A stretch of DNA of 64,000 nucleotides from Bryobacterales bacterium (GCA_965248235.1 CBDFIU010000002.1:913396-977395); one strand, 5' to 3'. Positions 1 through 9,604 are shown, counted from the stretch's first letter. A program made the numbers and translations. Notes: generated by a model not told the origin, from the letters alone.

Positions 1-854
1 TCGGCCCGGGACGAATAACTCAGCCCCTTTTCTTCAAGCTTCGCGAGCAGGAACCGATCGATCGGGTTACGAACGCGGTCCGTCCCCTTCACCACCGGCG
101 GGTCGGCGCGAACCGGCGGCCGGAAAGCCGGGAAGTGGCGGTCGTCCTCGCTGATCTCGGCCGGCGGCGCGGCGGCCCGCGGCTCGTCTTCTCGAGCCCC
201 GTCGGCGATCCAACGCCTGAGGATCTCGACCTCATCGCTACTCGGCGGCCGCACTTGGTTTTCGAACAGCATGTCGGGCGGCGGCATCTCGCCCGCCGTG
301 ATGCGTTGGAACGCCAGGCTCTGCTGGGGGCTGCCGGGCACGATGGCGGGACCCGAGCGGCCGCCCTTCAGTCGACTCGCGAGAGTTCGCAGATCAAGAT
401 CACCCTCGCGACGGCGCTTGCCGTGGCACTTGGCGCAGCGCATCTGGAGAATCGGAACGACGTCCTTCTCCGTCAGCGCGGGAAGGCCGGCGCCATGGGT
501 CGTTGGGGCGCCTTGGTCGATCCAAGCCCGAAGGGTTGCGATTTCGTCCGCTGTCAACTTGTCGCCCACCGGGGGCATCGCCCCCGAAACCACTTTGGCG
601 ATCAGCAGGCTCTGCTCGGCCGATCCCGCCGCAACCGCCGGCCCGGTCTTTCCGCCATGCAGCAACCCGGAAACAGTCGTGAGATTGAGATCGGCCTGGG
701 GACCGCTTTCGCCGTGGCAGACAACGCAGCGTTGGGTGAGGATCGGGGAGACGTCCGCCTCGAAGGTGAGCTTCGAGGGCCCATCGGCGCCTTGCAAAAC
801 GAAGGCCGACACGATCAAAAAGCAGAGGTACAACCGGCAGCGGCTCGCGGCCAT
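1..854 (-). CDS. Secreted planctomycete-type cytochrome c / DUF1549-family protein, N-terminal part (gene runs off the left edge)
   Basis: Own minus-strand translation from ATG at 854. It shows a signal-like MAASRCRLYLCFLIVSAFVLQG, two CxxCH motifs (CVVCHG, CAKCHG) and NPIDRFLLAKLEEKGL, typical of DUF1549. Absent from the ORF track because it is open at the window edge. Confidence 0.75.
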   Translation of the reverse strand, partial: MAASRCRLYLCFLIVSAFVLQGADGPSKLTFEADVSPILTQRCVVCHGESGPQADLNLTTVSGLLHGGKTGPAVAAGSAEQSLLIAKVVSGAMPPVGDKLTADEIATLRAWIDQGAPTTHGAGLPALTEKDVVPILQMRCAKCHGKRRREGDLDLRTLASRLKGGRSGPAIVPGSPQQSLAFQRITAGEMPPPDMLFENQVRPPSSDEVEILRRWIADGAREDEPRAAAPPAEISEDDRHFPAFRPPVRADPPVVKGTDRVRNPIDRFLLAKLEEKGLSYSSRA

Positions 855-1079
855 TGAGGCGTCTCCGTTAGAGCGAAAAAGTCATTTGAATTATAGCGCG
901 CGGGGCGGCGCGGAGAATGGCATCGGATCGGTCTCGCCAAATTGCGCCAACGTCGGCGTAACCCTGCTCGAATCGCCGCGGGAACCGACCCCGGCATCGG
1001 GGCGGAAGGCCGCTCAAAGGCGCCTTCGCCGAACGGCTTCGGTTCGATGTGCGTTCGCGACCGGAAAGTGGCAGAAAGT

Positions 1080-1105
1080 CTGGTGGACCTGGAGGGAGTC
1101 GAACC
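1080..1105. repeat. attL: 26-bp copy of the tRNA-Ala 3' end (CTGGTGGACCTGGAGGGAGTCGAACC)
   Basis: Identical to 26014-26039. The sequences diverge immediately on both sides. Confidence 0.85.
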
Positions 1106-1184
1106 TCTTGCGCCCTTTTTGTTTCTTCAAGTTGCTGATTCTAAAAGACCGTCAACTTTCCCGACCCCCCTGAAATGCGCCTAC

Positions 1185-1203
1185 GTTGTACACCAGTTGT
1201 ACA
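1185..1203. promoter_or_regulatory. Candidate integrase arm-type site (GTTGTACACCAGTTGTACA, direct TTGTACA repeat)
   Basis: An 18/19 match to 25948-25966. Both copies lie inside the element, about 80 and 47 bp from the att core. Confidence 0.5.
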
Positions 1204-1239
1204 TTTTTGAGGCGAAAATCTGGCGAAGAAGAGGTGCAA

Positions 1240-1329
1240 ATGTCCGCCTACTACAGCGACAACGACCCCTACGCGGCCCAGTGGCTGCGCAACCTCATCG
1301 CCGCGGGCTGCATCGCGCCGGGCGCTTGA
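1240..1329 (+). pseudogene. 29-aa N-terminal remnant resembling a phage DNA cytosine methyltransferase
   Basis: The translation MSAYYSDNDPYAAQWLRNLIAAGCIAPGA-stop matches, from memory, the N-termini of prophage C5-methylases. An in-frame TGA at 1327-1329 sits in the same frame as ORF 1354..1647. Confidence 0.35.
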
Positions 1330-1353
1330 GACGAGGTTGAACGAGATTCTCCA

Positions 1354-1647
1354 ATGACCCTCCAATTCCAACTCTCGCTTGAGCGCGCCCGCTCAGCGGC
1401 GCTGTGGGAGGCGCTTAAGCGTCATTTAAGCCTGAGTGCCGGGCGACGGCGGGGAACGCCTCAGAACGGCTCGGAAACGGCAAAAAGGCGATCTGTGCGG
1501 TGCTCTTGCGGGTGTGGAAAGACATTCGCGCGGTACCGCCCGAATCAACAGTACTTTTCGGCTGCCTGCCGCAAGCGGGCCTGGCAGTTGCGAAAGGATC
1601 GAGCGGACCCTAGGCAAACGCTCTTGAGGTTTGAGAGCATTCGCTAG
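1354..1647 (+). CDS. Hypothetical small protein with a C-terminal Cys-rich (zinc-ribbon-like) motif
   Basis: Track ORF. Motif CSCGCGKTF...YFSAACRKRAW. No strong RBS. Confidence 0.4.
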   Translation: MTLQFQLSLERARSAALWEALKRHLSLSAGRRRGTPQNGSETAKRRSVRCSCGCGKTFARYRPNQQYFSAACRKRAWQLRKDRADPRQTLLRFESIR

Positions 1648-2241
1648 GGTTCGTGGAAGTGAAGTGACGAAGGAGGCGGTTGATCCGTTGGAAAGCGGAG
1701 GCCGGGAACCGGCTTCGGTGAGTAGGAGCAACAACCTTAACCTGCCATGGACCGGTTGGTTGCAATGACGGTTGGGGTCCATGGGAAGAAACTTTGGTTT
1801 CAAACACGTGGGCGCAAGTAAACCACCTCAAGTAGGGAGCGGCAAATACGTTTGGCCCGCAGGCGCTGGTTTGAAACCGGAGAGCCGCAACCAATTGGGC
1901 AGAACCGAAGCGGCTAAGGTACTCCGAAAGGTGGAAGCCTAAGGTTCACGGGGGAAGCACCCCTCGATAAATAGCCACTGACCGCCGAGCGTGCTTGTGA
2001 CGGCGGGCCTCTGACTCGACTGCAAATGCAGAGTCAAGCGACGGAGAAACCCTGGCTCTCAAGTTTTGAAAAATTCAAAACGAGCCGGGGCTAGTCCTCC
2101 TCTGCCTCCTTGCGAGAAGATCCCATGGGGAAGACAAGTGAAGATGAGACTGCTAGTAGTAGTAGCTCGGCGGGTTCTGTATCTCCGGTTACAGTAGGAA
2201 GAGGCGGGGGGGAGCTTGGCCTGCCGTGCCGGGTCATGCCG

Positions 2242-2562
2242 CTAGATGAGGTCGTCCACGGTCACGTTGAGCGCCTTGGCGAGAGAGGACAGCGTCCTGG
2301 TCGAGCCGGTGCGCTTTCCTGTCTCGATTTGAGAGAGGTAAACCGCATTAATGGTGGCGGCGGCGGCCAGATCGTTTTGGGTCATGCCGCGATGATTGCG
2401 ATACACACTGATCGGGTTTTGACCGGCCAAAAGACGGTCAGCCACTTCGACGGGAAAGGACTCGCCCCCCTTCTCCTTGGCGCGGTCGTAAAGTTCTTCA
2501 TCACTCAACAGCGCCTCGGCATCCTCGTTTGCCAAGCGTTCATATGCACGCCATGGAATCAC
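2242..2562 (-). CDS. XRE-family HTH antitoxin (HigA-like)
   Basis: HTH segment GMTQNDLAAAATINAVYLSQIETGKR. It lies directly downstream of a RelE/ParE-like remnant. The open frame extends upstream (KPQIIFDDAGQPAFAV) without an ATG. Confidence 0.75.
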   Translation of the reverse strand: MIPWRAYERLANEDAEALLSDEELYDRAKEKGGESFPVEVADRLLAGQNPISVYRNHRGMTQNDLAAAATINAVYLSQIETGKRTGSTRTLSSLAKALNVTVDDLI

Positions 2563-2622
2563 AGCGAAGGCGGGCTGTCCGGCGTCGTCAAAAATGATTT
2601 GCGGCTTGTTCGTGATGCGCTC

Positions 2623-2824
2623 CTATCGTTTATAAGCCTGACCGCGCGGGACGATACGCAGCACGTCAATGACGCGGGCCTTGTCGTCGCGCTCGGTCGG
2701 GGTTCTTTGCCAACCTGTCCAATTCGCGGCGAATGCGTTGGGCGTGCTGACGAGGCATCTTTTGCAGAGCTTTGATAGCTTGCCTCTTGATTGTCAGGTC
2801 GTATATCGCATCCTCCATACCCAT
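2623..2824 (-). pseudogene. RelE/ParE-family toxin with an internal deletion and frame change
   Basis: N-terminal MGMEDAIYDLTIKRQAIKALQKMPRQHAQRIRRELDRLAKNPDRA runs into an early stop. The C-terminal DDKARVIDVLRIVPRGQAYKR-stop is in another frame. The central YRLRVGDYR-type core is missing. Confidence 0.6.
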
Positions 2825-2866
2825 ATAAGTATAGCAGTAAGCTTTATATCTATCAAGCTTTTTGCC

Positions 2867-3226
2867 TTATTTATTTTGCCACCACAATAGAGTGGTGAAT
2901 TTCAAGCTGCGGGCTGCGCGACGGCACTGTGTGGCGGCTGAGCGCCTGCAACTCGTCAGCCCCACCGCCACGCCGGGCGACCACTGGCCGTTGAGGGACC
3001 GCACGGCTCCCTGTTCGGTCTCGCGGCGCTCCCGGGAGATCTCCTTCTCCGCTTGCCGGGCCTTCTTCTCGGCGCTACCGGCTTTTTTCTCCGCCGCCCG
3101 CCGGTCGCTTTCGGCTTGCCTCAGCTGCTTCTGAATGCCGGCCACTTGCTTGGCAGCCTCGCGCCAGAACTTCAGCGACACCCTCATTCCCGACGGCTGG
3201 CTGCTGTGCTGGCCCTCAAGGATCAC
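2867..3226 (-). CDS. Hypothetical coiled-coil protein (weak call)
   Basis: Track ORF with a Lys/Glu/Arg-rich heptad-like stretch. Competing ORFs exist on the other strand. Confidence 0.25.
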   Translation of the reverse strand: MILEGQHSSQPSGMRVSLKFWREAAKQVAGIQKQLRQAESDRRAAEKKAGSAEKKARQAEKEISRERRETEQGAVRSLNGQWSPGVAVGLTSCRRSAATQCRRAARSLKFTTLLWWQNK

Positions 3227-3390
3227 CCATCCCCACCAGGTGCGGCCCTTCTCGCGATGCCGTTTCTTCGCCCCAATACCACAAAACGAACGGGCTGCTC
3301 ACGCTCGTGGCGACCACCGAGGTCGACGCCGTCGGGGGCTACACCACGTAGGCATCCGAATAAAGTAGGGAAGAACAGGAGGCCGAAACC

Positions 3391-4008
3391 ATGCCGGAAC
3401 AAAGAGTGTTTGACGCCGAGCGGGAGATCACGATCAAGTCGAAGCGGCTGGGGAGGCAGTGCCGGGTCCGATTCCCCAGCGACGGGGAATGGATCGAGCG
3501 CAACCGCTCCATCCGCATGGTCCGGAAAAACCTGGGCCCGAATCACGCCGAAACCGAGCTGGAGAACGTCGAGAAAGCGGACCTCGCACTTTTCCAGGCG
3601 ATCCGGCTCGATCAAGACGGCTCGGATTTCGACGACGATGCCGCCTCGACCGTCATGGACGTCCTCTCGCGCCGGGAGGCGGGGGCGGCCGTCTCGAATG
3701 AGTCGGTCAGCGAGGTCCGCGTGCCGCTGACGGTGCTGGGCGGGGTCGAGACCGAGCACGTCCTCGGGATGCCCTCCGAGCGCGAGCTTCGACGCTACCG
3801 CCGCGCCGCCTACGGCATCATCCAGCGCAAGCACGGCGACCAGGAAACCAAGATCAACCTGGCCGCGATCGGCTCCTTCTACGACGGGCTGGTGAAGGAA
3901 ACGACGGGCTACTCGGGCGCCGTCCCGGTCATCCACAAGCTGCCCGTCATTGAGGCCCTGGAGGTGTTGATCGACCAACTCGACGATGAGGCCGAAGTGG
4001 ATTTTTGA
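3391..4008 (+). CDS. Hypothetical protein
   Basis: Track ORF with balanced composition. RBS AGGAGG lies 7 nt upstream of the ATG. Confidence 0.6.
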   Translation: MPEQRVFDAEREITIKSKRLGRQCRVRFPSDGEWIERNRSIRMVRKNLGPNHAETELENVEKADLALFQAIRLDQDGSDFDDDAASTVMDVLSRREAGAAVSNESVSEVRVPLTVLGGVETEHVLGMPSERELRRYRRAAYGIIQRKHGDQETKINLAAIGSFYDGLVKETTGYSGAVPVIHKLPVIEALEVLIDQLDDEAEVDF

Positions 4009-4208
4009 GCGCGGAGTGGCCCGATGAGCCGACGCCGGGATGTTGAAGTTCGCCGTGGCCCTCTGGAGGTCTGTCGAGTTGCTGCGAGACGACGGCCGTG
4101 CCCTTCGATTGGGCGGTCAAGGACGCCAGCTCGGCGCTGTTCTCGCCCAGGCGTCTTATTCCACGAGCGCTTGAGCGGGCGTTGCCGCGCATCGGACGCC
4201 CGACGGCA

Positions 4209-5975
4209 ATGCTTTTGGGTACCGTCGTGGTTTTGTTGGCCGCGGCCGCGCCAGCGTTTTCAGAACAGCGATGGGTCAAGATCACCTCGCCGAACTTTGA
4301 AATGTTCACCAGCGCCGGCGAAGGAGACGGACGTCGGACCATCCTGCACTTTGAGCAGATCCGAAGTTTTTTCCTTGAGACAGTCAAGTCCCGAAAGCCA
4401 ACGCCTCGGCCTGTTCGGATCATAGCGTTTCGCTCACGCAAGGAATACGAGCCCTACCGGCCGAACGAATTTGCGAGTGCGTACTACCAGTCCGGTCATG
4501 ATCGTGACTACATCGTAATGAGCAAGATCAGCTCTGATACGCGCCCGATCGCTGTTCATGAATACGTGCACCTCCTGGCGAGGCACGAGGGACTGACGAT
4601 GCCACCCTGGCTGAATGAAGGCTTTGCGGATTTGTATTCCACCCTCAAGCCCTGGGGCCGAAAGGTGGTCGTCGGCGAGGTGCTTCCCGGCCAACTTCAG
4701 CGCCTCCAGCAAAGAACGAAGTGGCTCCCTCTTGAGACGCTTACCTCCGCGGATAAAGATTCTCCACATTACAACGAGCGCGATCGAGCCGGCCTCTTCT
4801 ATGCGCAAAGCTGGGCGCTAACCCACATGCTGAATCTCTCAGAGGAATACCGGACGAGACTTACTGAATTCCTCAGTGCGATTGCTAAGGACACGTCAGC
4901 AGCGGTCGCATTCCAACAGGTGTATGACAAGTCACTCGAGCAGGTACAGAAGGACCTCCGGCTATACATGCGACAGGATCAGTTTGTCGCGGCCCTTTTC
5001 GACACCAAGCTTGAGAAAATCGCTGAAAAACCGGTCGTCGAGCCGGCCACGAAACTTGAATCGGGAATGGTCCTGGCCAACCTGTTGGCAATGACGAGGA
5101 AGCGGGACGACGCTCGTCGGATGTACGAAGAGCTGGCACGGGAACATCCTGATGCCTGGGAGGTTCCCGAAGCTCTTGGCTATCTCGCGATGCGCGGTGT
5201 CAGCCGGGATGAGGCCGGGAGCTATTTCGCACGCGCCGTGGAATTAGGGGCTACGAATCCGAAGCTCTATTTCGACTACTCCGGCTTACTGTCTCGGTCC
5301 GGCGCCGAGCACTCAGAGGCCGAATCTCTCCTGCGCAAAGCGGTCGAACTGAAGCCGGACTATCAAGAGGCGCGCTATTTTCTGGCATTCAACCTGTATA
5401 ACCAGCACAAATTCACCCACGCGCTGATCAACTTCGCCCAACTTAAAACAGTGACCGCCGAACGGGCCTTTACCTTTTATCGGGCGGTCGCATACGCCTA
5501 CCATCAAGTGGATCATAAGGACGACGCAAGAAAGACCGCCAAGCTGGCTGAGAAATACGCCCGAGGACCCTCGGAAATTGCCCAAGTCCAAGAACTCATC
5601 CGATGGATGGAGTGGGCCGAGGAGGCGGAAAAAGCACCGAAGACCGCGAATATTCGCGCGAGTCCATTGATCGCGGCAGACGACGACATCGAGGTTGTCC
5701 TGAGCGGACCTGAGACCAGTGCCGTCGCCGGCACATTTACGCAGCTGGATTGTCTGGGGAGCACCGCTCGATTGCACGTCGTTTCCGAGAACGAGGCGAT
5801 GGCGCTGGCCATTCTCGACCCGACGAACATAGTCGTCGAGGGTCCCAAGGCCGGTCCGGTCGATCTCAACTGTGGCCCGCAGCGGGGGAAGAGCATTGTG
5901 GTTCAGTACGAGGCCGGCGAGGATACGGAACTCGGCACGCGCGGGGTCGTCAAATCGATTGTGTTCAAGGAGTAG
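4209..5975 (+). CDS. Secreted HExxH zinc-metallopeptidase-like protein with C-terminal TPR repeats
   Basis: Signal/TM MLLGTVVVLLAAAAPAFS, HEYVH motif with a downstream NEGFAD, and TPR-like repeats. The start was chosen at an internal Met of track ORF 4098..5975. Confidence 0.7.
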   Translation: MLLGTVVVLLAAAAPAFSEQRWVKITSPNFEMFTSAGEGDGRRTILHFEQIRSFFLETVKSRKPTPRPVRIIAFRSRKEYEPYRPNEFASAYYQSGHDRDYIVMSKISSDTRPIAVHEYVHLLARHEGLTMPPWLNEGFADLYSTLKPWGRKVVVGEVLPGQLQRLQQRTKWLPLETLTSADKDSPHYNERDRAGLFYAQSWALTHMLNLSEEYRTRLTEFLSAIAKDTSAAVAFQQVYDKSLEQVQKDLRLYMRQDQFVAALFDTKLEKIAEKPVVEPATKLESGMVLANLLAMTRKRDDARRMYEELAREHPDAWEVPEALGYLAMRGVSRDEAGSYFARAVELGATNPKLYFDYSGLLSRSGAEHSEAESLLRKAVELKPDYQEARYFLAFNLYNQHKFTHALINFAQLKTVTAERAFTFYRAVAYAYHQVDHKDDARKTAKLAEKYARGPSEIAQVQELIRWMEWAEEAEKAPKTANIRASPLIAADDDIEVVLSGPETSAVAGTFTQLDCLGSTARLHVVSENEAMALAILDPTNIVVEGPKAGPVDLNCGPQRGKSIVVQYEAGEDTELGTRGVVKSIVFKE

Positions 5976-6139
5976 CTAAACGGAGCCGGTACAACCCGCT
6001 TTTCTTGGGACAAGCTATGCGAGTCCCGTCAAGTAAGACGCAACTCAGCCAAACGGGGAAGTAGTACGAAAACCGTTGTGTGGCGGCCCGTGGATCGGCT
6101 ACCCTGTTCGTGCCAGGACGGCCAAAAAGGAAATCCTGG

Positions 6140-7075
6140 TTAAAGGGGGGGACGGGCTTCGCTAAGCTCAGGCACGGAAAAAACTACGCGCGAGCTGGCG
6201 GTGAACTTGCGGAAGTTGCTGTAGGTACTTAAGAACTCGCCGTTGAATCCCTTGATCAAAGCTAGACGGGCTTTGAATCTCACTCGGAAGCTATCGACCA
6301 GCCAAACTTCGTCGTTGACGCGAGTTTTCTTAAATCGCAGCTTGGCGCCTTTATTGAGCTTGAACAGAAACAGCCCGAAGGAGACCTTCTCGATGGTTTC
6401 CGCTTCAAACTTGACCCAGGCGTAGTCGTCCTTGGCGATCCAAAAGATCCCACGCAGCTTGGATAGAATTCGAGCACGCCTGTTAGCGGGTTTGTAGCCC
6501 GGTTTCGGTTCGGCGTTGATCACGAAGGTTTCGATTCCATCAACGCAATCCTCCCCCACCAGCTGAAAATCGTAAGCCCGCTGGACCTCGGCGACAAACT
6601 CGCGCTCCTCAGTTTTCTTTTTCTCTTGCTTCGCGAGACGCTTCTTGCGCTGCCGGGGTGTCTCCTTCTGCATGCTCGCGAGGCTTTTTTCGAGTTTTTG
6701 CTGTTGCTTTTTCTCCTCCTGTGGCTCTAGCGCTCGGTCGTTGCGGGCGATGAGGCGTCGGTACACGGAGCCGTCGAGAAGAGTGAGATCGTGAGTCTTC
6801 GAGCGGCTGGATTTCAGATCCCCCTTCTTGTCGAAACTGCGCTGCTCCGACCGCTCGTGAAAGGTGTAATCGCGAGCTATCTTATCGTTCTGTTCGTCGG
6901 CAGCGAAGGCCCGACGGGTAATCTCGTTCGGGGGCAGCTCCGCGCTCTCGCCGGCGCAAGGGATGAGCCACAAGGCAAGCCAAAGGGTGTGGCAGCGCCG
7001 CTTCGGGTGGTCGCCGAGCCCCGGCCACACCCTTTCGGTAAGATGCGTTTTCCGAGACTTTTCGGCGAGTGCCAT
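6140..7075 (-). CDS. LolA-like outer-membrane lipoprotein-sorting family protein
   Basis: Track ORF. The central Lys/Glu-rich linker and C-terminal beta-rich domain (WIAKDDYAWVKFEAE, RVNDEVWL) match, from memory, the acidobacterial LolA_like family. Confidence 0.5.
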   Translation of the reverse strand: MALAEKSRKTHLTERVWPGLGDHPKRRCHTLWLALWLIPCAGESAELPPNEITRRAFAADEQNDKIARDYTFHERSEQRSFDKKGDLKSSRSKTHDLTLLDGSVYRRLIARNDRALEPQEEKKQQQKLEKSLASMQKETPRQRKKRLAKQEKKKTEEREFVAEVQRAYDFQLVGEDCVDGIETFVINAEPKPGYKPANRRARILSKLRGIFWIAKDDYAWVKFEAETIEKVSFGLFLFKLNKGAKLRFKKTRVNDEVWLVDSFRVRFKARLALIKGFNGEFLSTYSNFRKFTASSRVVFSVPELSEARPPL

Positions 7076-7435
7076 CGCGAATCCTATCGGGTCTCAGTAT
7101 CCGGAGTCACGAGTATACACCCGCGCTGCCCCGAATACCACGTCTTTTCGCGCTGAACCCTGCACATGACCTCCGCCGGTAGGCTCCAGGGCTCGTCCAT
7201 CCGCTCACAGACGTTGATTGAGCGGGCTGAACGGCGCTCCGGCCGACACTGCTCCTTGCGAAACCTTTTGGAGCCGAAAACTGTTGATCCTCGATAAGAC
7301 ACGGGCTTAACATCCCTGGCCTAGCCAAGGGGTAAAGAAGGCTGGGCCAATCCTCGGTTCAGCCGAACGCGAGCGACGCGCTTGATTGCGCAGCCAAGGC
7401 TGACCCAGGCGTTTTCAGGGTGACTTGCGCGGCCC

Positions 7436-7663
7436 CTATTCCCCCACGCGCTCGCGGGCGCGCCCGAACAGCGCCTCGCGCAAGCCGTCGAGCACCCCCT
7501 CCAGCCGCGTCATGCACTGCTCCAGGGAGTCCAGGCGGCTCTCGATGCGTCGCATGTCGTCTCGTAGTTCTTTGACGGACGCCAGAATTAAGCCTGCGAA
7601 CGTAACACCCACGCCCGCCAGCGCCACGCCCACACTCAGAATGCCGATCAGTTCAGCGCTCAT
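7436..7663 (-). CDS. Small N-terminal-TM plus coiled-coil protein (paralog of 10573..10815)
   Basis: MSAELIGILSVGVALAGVGVTFAGLIL followed by a helix ending LEGVLDGLREALFGR. It is clearly similar to the 10573 protein. Confidence 0.6.
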   Translation of the reverse strand: MSAELIGILSVGVALAGVGVTFAGLILASVKELRDDMRRIESRLDSLEQCMTRLEGVLDGLREALFGRARERVGE

Positions 7664-7861
7664 CGTGTTTCCCTTTCGGAGGCCGGGTTGGTTTTGGGAG
7701 TGGAGGAGGAGGTGGCGGTCGCTTAGTGGGCGGAAAAGGTCCGCCCCTTGTGTCTTCAGGCCGACTGAGCCGCGCAGATCTCAAAGGAACTTTTCGAACT
7801 TTGGCCTGATTTTGGCCTGGAGGATGGCTTGTGGTGAGCTAAGTGTGTGAAGGCAGCGGTC

Positions 7862-8047
7862 TTATGCCTCAATCACGTTTTGGAGAAGCTCGACAGCCGG
7901 CTTCCACTCGCCTTTCTGCATGTGCGAGACGGCTTGTTGGTACGTGTCACGAGGCGACTGTGCCGTAGTCTTGTTACACAGCAAGAACGCGCAGAGAAGG
8001 ATCGCGCCGCGGAGTTTGAGACGAAGAATTGTGCCGCGGGGTCTCAC
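7862..8047 (-). CDS. Short signal-peptide protein with one TPR-like helix pair, possibly a truncated gene
   Basis: Track ORF. It begins with a hydrophobic N-terminus, then YQQAVSHMQKGEWKPAVELLQNVIEA, and ends abruptly. Confidence 0.3.
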   Translation of the reverse strand: MRPRGTILRLKLRGAILLCAFLLCNKTTAQSPRDTYQQAVSHMQKGEWKPAVELLQNVIEA

Positions 8048-8152
8048 GGATGGGCAATAGCCTCTACCAGTGTGAAAGGCCGTACTGCATCTAGCTTACA
8101 AGGTTGGCTGGCAATCTGACTGCGGCCCTTTGCATGCGCGGACCGGCCCAAG

Positions 8153-9604
8153 TCAGTCCTTCGTGTAATAGAGAAACGCTCCGGCCATAGCGTCAATGGG
8201 GAACTCGGTCGGATTGTCGTAGACGCTGGTCAATCTGAATTTCTCGCCGGCCCGAACCCGATAGCCTTTGACATCGGAGTACGTTTCCATCCCGATCGTC
8301 TGCCCGTCCGTATCCTCTTTGGCCAGGCCCTTCCACGTGAGTTCTCCCCGCGTGACATTGAACAGCGCGATAGACTCCGCATACGGGTGAACGTGGGCGC
8401 CGGCGAAATGAATCCTGCCGTCAAAAGGAAGTTCGAAGATCGTTGTCTTCTCATGCCGGCCCGACGGGACGAAGAACAGATGGGGCATCTGCACGGCTTT
8501 CAAGATGCCGTGGAGGGCTAGCAGCGGCTTCTTCAGATCCACGTCGCGGATGAAATGGACCTTGGCCCGCATTCCCACTCGCGCGACATCGTCGCCGCGG
8601 TTGTTGAACATGGGCATCCAGTCGATCTTGTCGTCCGTCGACAACCGCAGCCCGAACCCGTCGGGTAACCGGATTTCGCGCGTAAAAGCATCCGAAAAAA
8701 GGACCTTCATCTCATTGCTAATAACTTTGCCATCCGGAGTCGAGAGCTGCTCAACATTCTGATTGCCGAAAAACGTATGGCAAAGGTAGTTCTCTTTGGG
8801 GCTCTTGCCATCGGCGCCGTAGATCTCCGTTTCGTAGGCGATGACCCAAACAGGCTCGGCGAAGCGAAACTGCAGCATGGACCCGGGGGAATGGAATGCC
8901 AAGACGTGCGATTCGACACTGAGAAAGTAAGGAGTTCGCCACTCGACCTGCTGGACGGGACCGTGCTCACTTTTCAGAGAAGAAGGCTGAAAGTCCGCCA
9001 GCAAGTCAGCGCCTTGCGCACCGGCCCTGCCCAAGCAGAGAAGCAGCAAAAGCAATCTCCACACCGGCAATTGCCTGTTGACTTCGATCGCCATCTTATT
9101 GCATAAAATTTTATGCATAGCGCATAGCCAGGCTCTCAGCTCAAAGGCTTCATTCTCGCTCTTCTCTCTTAACTTCTCGTCCAGCCCGAGTTCGCTGTCA
9201 GCCAGATCAATGATCTTAGTTCCTTTGTCTTGAAGTTGCTTCCATCGCCGCTCAATCTCGTCGCCATTCAGAGCATCGACTTGGGACCATAAAAACTTGC
9301 ATTCCGTGAGCCAGTCGGCACATCTCGTGCGCAGGCTAGAGCTGATCAGCGCCTTCTGAGAGTGTCGGTTAATAACCAACCACAGGTTCAACGCCGCCGC
9401 CAGTGCTGCAAGAATCTTCGCGATGTCCGGGACCCAATTCACAAGTAAGATGGCCACTGTCCCCGACGAGAGCAGCAGCGCACCCAGCGCGATCCACCGG
9501 TCACGCCCTGCGAGCTTGCCTGAAAGGTACCCGTAATACCGGTGAACCATCTCGGCGTGGTAGCGTGATTCCCAGACCATGCTTCTCTGTTGTTCGGTCG
9601 CCAT
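8153..9604 (-). CDS. Composite ORF with an N-terminal 2-TM SLATT-like module (9095-9604) and a signal-peptide Cu-monooxygenase-like (HxH...M) domain (8153-9094)
   Basis: One continuous frame. The second module has its own ATG at 9094 and signal peptide (MAIEVNRQLPVWRLLLLLLCLGRAGAQG). An AT-rich 18-bp palindrome at 9100-9117 sits at the junction. The first module is visibly lower in GC. Confidence 0.5.
   Translation of the reverse strand: MATEQQRSMVWESRYHAEMVHRYYGYLSGKLAGRDRWIALGALLLSSGTVAILLVNWVPDIAKILAALAAALNLWLVINRHSQKALISSSLRTRCADWLTECKFLWSQVDALNGDEIERRWKQLQDKGTKIIDLADSELGLDEKLREKSENEAFELRAWLCAMHKILCNKMAIEVNRQLPVWRLLLLLLCLGRAGAQGADLLADFQPSSLKSEHGPVQQVEWRTPYFLSVESHVLAFHSPGSMLQFRFAEPVWVIAYETEIYGADGKSPKENYLCHTFFGNQNVEQLSTPDGKVISNEMKVLFSDAFTREIRLPDGFGLRLSTDDKIDWMPMFNNRGDDVARVGMRAKVHFIRDVDLKKPLLALHGILKAVQMPHLFFVPSGRHEKTTIFELPFDGRIHFAGAHVHPYAESIALFNVTRGELTWKGLAKEDTDGQTIGMETYSDVKGYRVRAGEKFRLTSVYDNPTEFPIDAMAGAFLYYTKD

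Noticed and set aside
135-1173. Plus-strand ORFs 135..857 and 271..1173
   Set aside because: The minus strand encodes a clear signal peptide plus two CxxCH motifs and a DUF1549 motif. The plus-strand ORFs are shadows.
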